Below are positions 50,527 through 60,284 of a stretch of DNA of 60,284 bases, piece by piece. Under the pieces are notes generated by a model. That model saw nothing but the letters and a program-made list of their open reading frames with translations. It did not search any database and had not been told where the DNA came from. Position 1 is the first letter of the stretch, and each line of letters starts with the position of its first letter. A program made the position numbers and the translations under genes. Origin of the DNA: Vicugna vicugna (lineage: Eukaryota); the NCBI GenBank assembly GCA_013265495.1, contig MU057584.1, positions 124,001 through 184,284 of the forward strand, read 5' to 3'.

Positions 50527-50669
50527 TTTTTTTTTAAACAAATGATCTTTTTTTTTTCGGAGGGGTTAGTTAGGTTTGTTTGTTTGTTTAATGGAGGTAC
50601 CAGGGATTGAACCCAGGACCCTGTGGATGCTAAGCACGTGCTCTACCACTGAGCCATACCCTCTCCCTG
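50527..50669 (-). mobile_element. Vic-1-like SINE just downstream of the ZNF285 stop codon
   Basis: Perfect 13-bp TSD ctggaatgctctt at 50514-50526 / 50670-50682. Confidence 0.9.
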
Positions 50670-50781
50670 CTGGAATGCTCTTAAGGACCACCTCCTTCAG
50701 TGCTGCCAGCTGACATCACGGGTGGCAGCATTCCCATCCGTTGCTCCTCCCCTGCCCTCTTACTGGACGAGTAAGCCTCCA

Positions 50782-52493
50782 TCATCTGGAAAACATCAAG
50801 TGGCTCCTGTTTTCCTGATGGAACCTGGACTCTACATTTACAATGTTTCTGTCCTCTTGTGTACCCTTGGATGAGTGAGATGGTCTGAGCAATGTATTTC
50901 CTGAGCCTGGCCAAGCTCGTGACACGTTATGTCCCATCTCCTCCCTGTGCGCTCTCTGATGGGCAAGAAGGTAAGAGTTCCGACTGAAGCCCTTGCCGCA
51001 TTCTTTACACTGGTAGGGCCTCTCTCCGGTGTGGACTCTGAGATGAACGTGAAGGTCTGAGTTCCGACTGAAGCCCTTCCCACACGCCTTGCATTTGTGT
51101 GGTTTCTCCCTGCTGTGATCTCTCTGATGCAAGTGAAAATAGGAGCTGTAACTGAAGCCCTTCCCGCACACTTGGCAGGTGTAAGGCTTCTCTCGCGTGT
51201 GAACTCTCTGATGGGTGTGCAGCACCGAACTGTAGGCAAACGCCTTCCCGCACATGCTGCATTGGTAGGGTTTCTCCCCGGTGTGGACCCGCTGGTGAAT
51301 GTGCAGGTGTGTGCTTTGGCTGAAGCCCTTCCCGCACTCACCGCACCTGTAGGGCTTCTCCCCCGTGTGTAGTCTCCAGTGGACCTGGAGGACGGAGCTT
51401 GAACTGAAGCACTTCCCGCACTCGCCGCACTTGTAGGGTTTCTCTCCAGTGTGGACTCTCTGGTGGACAAGGAGGTTGGAGCTCTGATCGAAGCCCTTCC
51501 CACACTCTTGGCATTTGTAGGGCTTTTTCCCTGTGTGGACTCCCTGATGGATACGCAGGAGGGACCTGAACCCAAATCCCTTCCCGCACACATCACACGG
51601 GTAGGGCATGTCCCCCGTGTGGACTCGGTGATGGTTGTGAAGAGAGGAGTTGCGCCGAAAGCCTTTGCCGCATTCGATGCATTTATAGGGTTTGTCTCCC
51701 GAGGAGCCTTTCTGACTCCCGGGAGTGTCTGAGCTCTGTCTGCAGCTCTTAGCGCATGCCTGCCATTCACCAGGTCTCTCACCTAAATGGGGTTTATGAT
51801 GAACAATAAGAACTGAGCTCGGACTAAAGTCCTTTCCACGCTGGTCACATTTAGATGTTTCTCCTTTCTGGGCGCTGTGATGAACACGAGCATCTGCTTC
51901 ATCTACAAAGCCCACTGTACAGTTATTACAGCTGAAAAGCTGCATCGCGTGGACCACATTACTGTGTTTGATTGCTGACTTAATGACCAAGTTCTCTCCA
52001 CAGTCAGAGATGTATCTATAAGCTCCCTCTTCTTTACATTCTCGGGAATCATCACAATTACCTGAGGTCTGAATGAAGCCTTCATCACCCCGAGCACATC
52101 CACACAATTCCTCTTCTGTCGGAATTCTCTTATACTTTCCCTGAGAGTCCTGGGGCTCCGTCATCATGTTGGCTTTCTTCCAAGAATCTGGGGTAAGGGC
52201 CTGTGTCAGGCCTTTCCAAGCTGTAATGTCTTGATTTTCTAAACTAATGGCATTTATTACATCGTTGTCACGTTCAGAAACCTGAAAAGACACTCCTGCA
52301 CACTCTTCACGGAGGGAAATATCTCCTTCTAAATACTGGGGATGACCTCCTTGAAGATTCATGACATAATCCTGACTCACAGTGAATTCACTGATCCTTT
52401 GTTTCCAAATCTGCCAAAAGTACAGCACTTCTTGTGAGAGGTAACTCAACCCTTTCTCCTGAAGATTCGAAATGTTGTTTTTAATCCTGTCTC
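50782..52493 (-). CDS. ZNF285: ZNF285 final coding exon: linker, degenerate fingers and 9 intact C2H2 fingers
   Basis: Within ORF 50782-52602. ctcacag|GAGAC acceptor at 52494-52495. [23 protein letters not shown] and fingers [42 protein letters not shown] match recalled human ZNF285. Spliced CDS is 15+127+1712 = 1854 nt = 617 aa + stop. Confidence 0.9.
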
Positions 52494-53620
52494 CTGTGAG
52501 GAGAAAGAGAATTTGGCTAAGCAAACGTATAAACCATCTATCCAAAGGCTGTGAGGAAGTGACGTGGGACGGCGTGAGAAGTTGCCACTGGCTTCTAGTC
52601 ATATATGAAACAATTAGAAACCCAGTAATTCTGATTTGTGAGCTGCTAGTTAAAAACCAGGTTTTGCAGGGAAATCCTGGAATTCAAAGAAATCTTGGAA
52701 ACAATTTATGAAGGAAGAAATTCACCTCTCTGCTATAAAAGTAGTCGGTAAAAAGCCTTTAATCGTTTTGCTACAAAAGGTAGGGGGGAGGCTCCCATAT
52801 GATTCACGTAATGTATGTAATAATGGAGTCCTGGACGTGGTGAGAGACAGAGAATCACAAGGACCTTCCAGAATACCATAGAAGGTTGTGGAAACAAGCA
52901 ACAACTCCTGTCCCCTGACAATGTCCCTTCCTTTATATCACTGTTCGATAGGGTTAGAACTATCTGTAGGTTTGTGTACAACCTGCACAACTGTACGTGG
53001 TGGGCCAAAAGCAGCAGTGGAGGTTGAAATGGGGATAATACTGTGAAATATGAGACTTCTTGTTTATCTTCCCTGAGGTTCTCTAGCTTCAGGAAGAGAC
53101 AGAGTCCACCAAGATCCTGCACTCCAATTCCTTTAACTTCTCCTCTTTGAGGTTACTGCAGAGTCTCAAACAGCCATGGCTACGAGAATGGGCTGTGTGG
53201 AACTGTCAATGGCCTGGTACCCAGGGAAGTGAGATTGTACTAAAGGGGTCATAAGAAACAGGGGGTCGAGGCAGAAGAGGATGGTCACACCCTGGGCACC
53301 CAAAATAGGCTTCAAAATGTCACAAATACCACGGTCAAGACCATTTGGACACCGCCTCTGGTTCAAAGTAGCTTATGAGTCATTTTATTGAGTGACGTGA
53401 GTTCATAAAGTGGTGTCAGAGAAGAAGGGAACAGGCTTAAAATGGGACTTTTTCAACTATTCTGATGGTGCCCACAGTTAAGAAAAGCATTTACACTGTA
53501 ACCCAGTACGTACACATCGACACAGGCCAGAAACTGAAACAGGTTTATCAACTGATACTTACCTCACCGGGTGCCACATATTCTGACAAATTCTTTTGTG
53601 TTCTAGTCTATTGATCTATT

Positions 53621-53759
53621 CTGTCAACTCTGTTTTTTAGGGGGGGAGGCAGTAATTAGGTTTATGTAATTATTTATTTAATGGAGGTACTGGGGATTGA
53701 ACCCTGGACCTCGTGGATGCTAACCATGCACTCTACCACTTGAGCTATACCTTACCCCC
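53621..53759 (-). mobile_element. Vic-1-like SINE
   Basis: Same SINE body; imperfect TSD tagtctattgatctatt / tagtccgttaatctatt. Confidence 0.85.
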
Positions 53760-54366
53760 TAGTCCGTTAATCTATTTTGCTTTTTAAAAACTGCTAGTTA
53801 AGACACAGTAACTGGATTTCAGGACTCACCAATGGGGTTGCATCCTGCAGATTTAGGCCAAGGAGTCCTGTGTCTGTAATCTCTAGTCATAGCGGTACTT
53901 AGCGTCACATGGTTATTGAAAGAAAGCCCAGGGTCTAGAGCCAGACTGGGAAGGTTTAAATTCTAGTTCTTCTTACAAGCTGGGTGATCCCTTTGCTGCT
54001 TGCTTTGTAAAAGGGAGGCAGTAACAGCAAGTAAGCAACTGAGCTGGCATGTATATTGCACTTACTACAGACCAGATCCTAATTTGGTTCCTCTAACACA
54101 AGTTTGTCCAGAACTTTGGTTTCTTTCCAAAAGCAACCAAGGGACCATGGCCTTGGGAAAGTGTGAACTTTCTCAATCTCATTCAGAGTAACAAGAGGAA
54201 AGAAGGAGAGCTTAAACATGTGAGGAGGTCAGATTAGGCTCGCCGCCTGCATCAGATGCCCACGGACCAGGGCCTGCAGAGTCAAGGAGAGCTCCCTCAC
54301 CAACACTTTGCAAGGGGCCACCTGCTCATGTTTATCTGCTAAAACTCATCAACTGCAGGGTCTCAT

Positions 54367-54461
54367 CTGCATATGCACCTCTTAGGAGTTTTCTCTTTGG
54401 TGGCCAGAGTTTCCCTTTGTGTTCCAACTGGAATATATTCTATCTGGTTGGAAGCTGATCG
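54367..54461 (-). pseudogene. Inactivated KRAB-B pseudoexon of ZNF285
   Basis: Homologous to the ZNF112 KRAB-B exon (FQPD..IFQLEHKGKLW), but frameshifted, with a CAG|atgaga donor and only 57 nt from the KRAB-A donor. Confidence 0.8.
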
Positions 54462-54498
54462 CTTGAGAAAACAGGACCAGGGGTCTGAGGCTTAGTTA

Positions 54499-54645
<147 letters not shown>

Positions 54646-56191
54646 CTAAAACATCAAGCACATGCCACACTCATCATCTATGCAGATGACCCCTGGAAGG
54701 CAAGCAAAGTTGGAAACTGTGCCAGTTGTGAAGTTGCTGTCTTTCTGTTTCAATTCTTCACTTTTAAACCACATCTTGTAATGCGGGAGCCGGGACTGCG
54801 AATCATGCTTCAAATTTGACAACCGGCTAGATGTTAGACCCAGACACTGCAGAGTGCTGGAGGGATTCTGCAAGGCTGGGGGAGGACATGGAGCTGGAGC
54901 TAGCGAGCCAGGAAATACACACGGATGCCCTACAGCCCGGATGGCACAGACGCTGTAGCAAGGAGGAGTGGAACCTTGTCCCAGCGATCCCCCTTCCCTC
55001 TTCTTGGCCGCAACTACAGAGTCTGGGGAAAATAAAACACCCAGTTCCCTACCACCCTTGCAGGTTGGTGGATCCCTTGCCAGGATCCTATCCAGAGACT
55101 GCCATAGGGTTCAGGTACAAGGATCATTCAAAAATAGTAACAAAAGCAATTTACAGACCAATAGACATGAAAGCAAAAATCTTCAAATTCTTTTCTTAGC
55201 ACACAGCACCATCAATGAAGTGCCGTTGTAAGAGCTTGAACCTGAATCTACTCAAGCATCGAGTGCCTCCACTTACGGGAAATACTGTGGAAAGAGGAAC
55301 ACATTGAAGGACACCAAAAAGAAGCATTTTGGGGATCATCGGGGGGAAATTCTATTATTGTCTGGGTTTTAGATGATACCAAAGAATTACTGGTAATCTC
55401 ACTGGTCCATTTCTGTTTGTAGAAATACATACTGGAATATATAGGAGTGTGTGGTAAATGAGATTGCTATTTTGAAATATTCTCTCTCATGCTCCCAGTT
55501 CCACTAAAGGACCTGACTACTTCCTTGCCCCTCTTGACTTTGGATTTGGCCACATGACTTGTTCTAATTCTCAGTGGAGAACGTAAGGGGTCTTGTATGT
55601 TTCCGCTTGCTCTCTTGCCTCTCTGCCAACGTCCAACACATACGAGATTAACCAGGACAAAGCCTTACCACGAGCGGAGTGCCACCAAATAACTATGGCA
55701 TTGGCTTTGGGGTCAGGCTGCAAGAGCTGAGGAAACTATAGAAGAGGCTGCGAAAATGGTTACCTGGGTGATGTAGCCATGAGACATTTTATAAAACTGT
55801 TTCTGGCAGTGACACAGAAGATGGAAGGTGCCCCTAAAGAATTTGTTGGCTTGAGAAAGACGGTTTCCAGGCAGAGGGTGAAAGTGTGAGCTCATTTATT
55901 TTAGCTGCATGTAAGGCACTTTAAGAAAGTGATACATTCAGAAAAGAAAAAAAAAGCACAGTATGAAATAACATGTTCCTTGCATTATTCTTTAAAATTC
56001 TCTCAAGATGCTTTGGGACACAATCAAGAAAACGGAGAAAGAGACAAATTAAGCAAATGTGGCAACACATTAACTGTTGAAACTGCACGACAGGTGTTAG
56101 ATACAGAGGGTCATAGGACTATTTCCTCTTTTTGTGTATTTTCATAATTAAAACATTGTTCATGATTAAAAAAACAATCCTTGCTCCACTC

Positions 56192-56596
56192 TGTGATGTT
56201 CTTCTTGATGTATCCAACTTGGCTAGATTACAGTCCCCAGTTATTGAATCAAACATTAATCAAGGCATTGCTGTGCAGATATTTTGTGGATGTGATTAAA
56301 GTCCATAATCAGTTGATTTTAAGGGAGGTTATTCTAGATAATCGGGGTGGGCCTGCTTCAATCAGCTGAAAGTCCTTGAGAGCGGAACTGGGGCTTCCCT
56401 CAGAGAAGAAGAAATTCCACTTGCCCACAGCAGTTTCATTGGGTCAAGAGTTCCCACCTGCCCTTCCTAAGGGGTTGTCGGACAGATTTCTGACTTTCCC
56501 AGCCCCCACAATCGCATCAGCCAATTCCTTATAACAAATCTCTTAATCTTGATCTCCTACTGATTCTGATTCACCGGCTGAACCCCGACTGATACA
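56192..56596 (+). mobile_element. MLT2-type (ERVL) solo LTR
   Basis: tgtgatg...caacttggctag...gggtgggcctg..caatcagctgaa...gaaccccgactgataca. Confidence 0.8.
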
Positions 56597-56987
56597 AACC
56601 CATTCACACCTGACTATGCAGAGCGTGCTCAAGTACACTGACCATGCCCTCTGATGCTGGGGCAATACCAAATTGCTCTAAGAGTTTCTGACCGCTCACT
56701 CTTGATTTCTGTACTTGCCTCTCGTGGACCAGTGACAAGCGGCTCACTGACTGGCACTGGAATGCAAACTGCACTTGGAGCAGCACTGAACCAGACATCC
56801 TGACATCCTTGAGCCTGTTTCTTCATTTCTCCAAACACCGCCTCTCACAGCTTGTTATAAGAAAGGTAACATGCCTACTACATAGTAGTTGCTCAAAAAT
56901 TTCTGACTTTCATTATGAAAACAGAGATAATCCAGCTCCTCAGAATGGATGTGGCATTTAAGAGAAAGAAAGGAAACTTAGACTCAC

Positions 56988-57002
56988 CTGGAACTTAATC
57001 AT
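56988..57002 (-). CDS. ZNF285: ZNF285 start-codon exon, coding part MIKFQ (whole exon ~56988-57045)
   Basis: ATGATTAAGTTCCAG|gtgagt donor; ctttctcctttgcag acceptor at 57046-57047. Confidence 0.88.
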
Positions 57003-58149
57003 ACTGTCTTCTTAGAAAGGGCAGGAGCCAGAGAAGGCAGCAGAACTGCAAAGGAGAAAGAACCCATGAGACCAAGGGTTTCCCAAGTTGTGGATGAATA
57101 TTGGTTCCTTCTGATCTGGACATTTTTCTCACTCAAGTTACCCCATTTGACTGGGCTGTTTATTTCCTGTCTGATAAACCCTGTAAACCCAGTGACCTCT
57201 GGCCTTTGAGGGGAAACTTACTGTATACAATGCTGCTTTGGGTGCTGTGGAAACTCCCAAGATTAAGAGATTCAAAACCAAAAACTATGTCTCTGTCCTC
57301 TCAGATGGTGCTTCTCCAACCTCCTGGGGTAAAGAACCTGTTTCATGTTATTTTCACTTTTATTTCCAGCCTGTCATGGACTAATCTTTTGGTAAATTAG
57401 AGTGAAAAAGAAATTTTTAGAAAAAGGAAGCAAAAAGGCATACAAATTAGAAGCCCAATTTTTAAATTACTGGTTTAATCAATCATACAATGAATGAAAT
57501 TGCTACATAGATTTTTAAATGTTTACACTGAAGTTCTGAAATGATCTGGTCACAGACCACTAACAGTTAATTCTCTGACTGGCACCGGTTTGCTGGCCAC
57601 CCTTTGAAGCCTCGAGTACCGCCCAGGGTGACAGATTCAGGTTAATGGGATATGAAATATCCCAATCCTTGGCCAGTCCTTGGACTCTTTCCCCTCCTTT
57701 CCTGCCTTTAAGAGACAGCATGAATCACCCTTACTCTGGGCTTCAACAAAGATCTCTTCAACTCCTCAGGTCAGTGCGAGTCACATTGTTTTATAATAGT
57801 TAAAATCCACCAAGAATTATTTCTCCCTAACCCTGTCAAGAGACCCTAAGTCCTGAAGGAATAACCAAGGCTTAGTCTTTTAGCTGCTTTACCTGGTGAA
57901 GATCCCGCTATTTCTCAAACAGTCACCAACGTTTCTTGACATTAAAAAATGCATAAAAGGAATCAGCTCTCATACACCAGGTACGTGCGCAAACATGCCA
58001 GGCTCCCCTCTTCCAGAATCTGCTCTCTCCTGAGAGCCAGCAGTGGGGCAGGTTGATTGACACGCCCACACATACACACATGCACCCACATACACCTATG
58101 TGGGAGGGGGTTTGGTTTCCTGGACTTCTGGTTTCGGGCCCTTCCTGCC

Positions 58150-58500
58150 TCAAAGTCAGAGTCCTGGTAGGAGAAAGATGGCATGTCCAGATTAAAGAGG
58201 AGTTTAACAAACAGATGACTTACAGTGCTGTGGGCTGGGTGTCAGGAAATCACAGGGGATAAGGTGCTGCCCTGGAAGTGACAGGAAGATGCTACGACTG
58301 CACCTGGGTCTGAAGGGGCAAGGGGAGCCTGGAAGAGGGCTGTGTGGACAAGGCTGCCTGAGGAGCTGTAACTTTTTGTTGAGAAGTGCAGCCAACCTGG
58401 GGCAACCCAGCTGAGAGAGAACTGGGGGACAGGACACCCCAGGTCACTCGTCTCCCTCTCTCCAAGTTCTCCTGTTGTGACTGCCCATTGGCCAAAGACA
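58150..58500 (-). mobile_element. LTR33-like fragment
   Basis: agatggca..tccagatt..gaggagtttaacaaa...cacaggggat resembles recalled antisense LTR33. Confidence 0.4.
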
Positions 58501-58616
58501 AGCAAGGCCAGAGGGCAATGGCGGCCTCTCAGGTAGCAGGTGGAAAGTGGAGAGTGGATCTGGAGGTGGGAAACCAAAGATAGGCAGCACATGATGCCTC
58601 CAGACCCTTGCTTTTC

Positions 58617-58869
58617 AGAACCTCCTACACTATGGGTGGGACTGTAACTTGGTGCACCCACTCTGGAAAACAGTACGGAGAGTCCTTGAAAAATGAAAAA
58701 TAGAATCACTATATGATCCAGCAGTTCCATTCCTGGGCATATATCCAGAGGAAACTCTAATCTGAAAAGATATGCGCACCCAATTGTTCATAGCAGCACT
58801 ATTTACAATAGCCAAGACATGGAGACAATCTAAACGTCCATCGACAGATGACTGCATAAAGAAACCGTG

Positions 58870-58917
<48 letters not shown>

Positions 58918-59404
58918 GATGGGATACTACTCAGCCATAAAAAATGAAATAATGCCATTTGCAGCAACATGGTTGGACCTAGAGATTATCATACTAAGTC
59001 AGACAGAGAAAGACAACTATCATATGCTATCACTTATGTGTGGAATCTTAAAAAATGACAAAAATGAACTTATTTACAGAACAGAAACAGACTCACAGAC
59101 ATAGAAAACAAACATATGGTTACCAGGCGGAAAGGGAGTAGGAAGGGATAAATTGAGAGTTTGAGATTTGCAGATACTATTACATATAAAATAGATAAAC
59201 AAGTTTCTACTGTATAGCAAGAACAGGGAGCTATATTCAATATCTTGTGGTAACCTATAATAAAAAACAAATGTATGTATGTATATATATATATGATTAA
59301 AACATTATGCTGTACACATTGTAATTTGACACATTGTAAACTGACTATATTTCAATTATAAAAAAAAGAAAGAAAGAAAAGGAAAAAAAGAAAAGAAAAG
59401 AAGA
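58617..59404 (+). mobile_element. Lineage-specific L1 3' end with (A)4-5G-type tail
   Basis: FIAALFTIAKTWRQSKRPS...IMPFAATWLDLEIIILS ORF2 C-terminus; 3' UTR; A-rich tail 59358-59404. Confidence 0.9.
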
Positions 59405-59409
59405 ATGGA

Positions 59410-59730
59410 CAAACAGTGGCAAGAGAGGGAGCAGGAAGAGCAGTTCAGAGATTATCACAGAACTCCAGCCAGGGGTGCTGGTGCCCTGGAGCAGGGCACT
59501 AGAAACAGGAGTAGTGAGTTGTTGGGTTCTGCATTTATACTGGTGATACGGCTAACAGGATCTGCTGACTGCTTACATGTGGGCTGGGAAAGACAGCCAT
59601 AAAAGGCTTCAGTGACTGGAAGGATGGAGTTGCCATTTACAGAGGTGGGGGAAGACCAGAGGAGGGGCAGGTTTTGTAGGGGAGGTTCAGGAGCTCAGTT
59701 TTAGAAATATCAGGTTTGAGATGTTGAAAA
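59410..59730 (-). mobile_element. L2 LINE fragment
   Basis: ctggaaggatggagttgccattt..aga.gtgggg..gagctcagttttag. Confidence 0.7.
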
Positions 59731-60009
59731 ATACACCTATATTTATAGAGAAAGAAGAAAAAAATTATCCCAGTCACAAGACACAAAAGACATAAATTAC
59801 CTACAAAACAATTTCATTAAGGAAGAAAATTACAGAATTTTATTAAAAGTCCTGAAGCCCTGACTGCACTTCGGAGCTCATAGTGTCTCCCCCAGCATAG
59901 AGGTCTAGTCTGAGGGAGAATTCCCAAGGTCTGGCCCCGCATACTATGCGCAACTAAGAGTAACACCCAATCTTTCTATGCTTCAGGCACTTCCTAGCTA
60001 GTTAACTGG

Positions 60010-60284
60010 AAAACTGTTTCACAAAGATTTTATTATGGAAATTTCTAACGCACAGAGGTAGACAGAATAGTATAATGAACCCCCATGCACCAATCACAGG
60101 GCTTAAACAATTAACACGTGGTCACTCTTGTTTCAGCTACCCCTCTACCTGTTCCCCACGTACTCACATACTATTTTTTATTGGTCACATACTATTTTGA
60201 AGCAAATCCCTGACATCATATTATTTCGTTCATAAATATTTCATTAAGTAGCTCCAAGAGAAGGAAACAGTTTAGAAAATGCTA
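60010..60284 (-). mobile_element. Old L1 3' end
   Basis: gaatagtataatgaacccccatg...tattttgaagcaaatccc.gacatcatattattt. Confidence 0.65.

Noticed and set aside
50838..51782. 314-aa overlapping ORF and other shadow ORFs in ZNF285
   Set aside because: Explained by GC-rich finger codons; only its last ~30 codons are informative (see the frameshift finding).

Overview
Mammalian genomic DNA, most likely camelid given six copies of a Vic-1-like tRNA-derived SINE. It covers part of a tandem KRAB-C2H2 zinc-finger gene cluster, with all genes on the minus strand and an order matching human 19q13.31 (ZNF235-ZNF112-ZNF285). Three loci are visible. (i) The CpG promoter and 5' non-coding exons of a gene that runs off the left edge, ZNF235 by synteny only. 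(ii) A complete ZNF112 orthologue: promoter at ~45.4 kb, coding exons 33938-33952, 31174-31300, 27276-27371 and 16555-19055, giving 912 aa with 13 intact fingers. (iii) The coding exons of a ZNF285 orthologue: 56988-57002, 54519-54645 and 50782-52493, giving 617 aa with 9 intact fingers; its first exon is probably beyond the right edge. The rest is mostly L1, L2, MIR, LTR and DNA-transposon relics. I found no wholly new biological system. The most notable observations are a dead KRAB-B pseudoexon and a +1 frameshifted tail in ZNF285, two paralogous promoters built from tandem ETS+ZNF143 modules, a duplicated UTR exon whose donor is dead in one copy, fossil zinc-finger arrays, and several tiny TSD-flanked retro-insertions. 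Gene and repeat-family names come from recalled sequence similarity, not database searches; repeat boundaries without TSDs are approximate.
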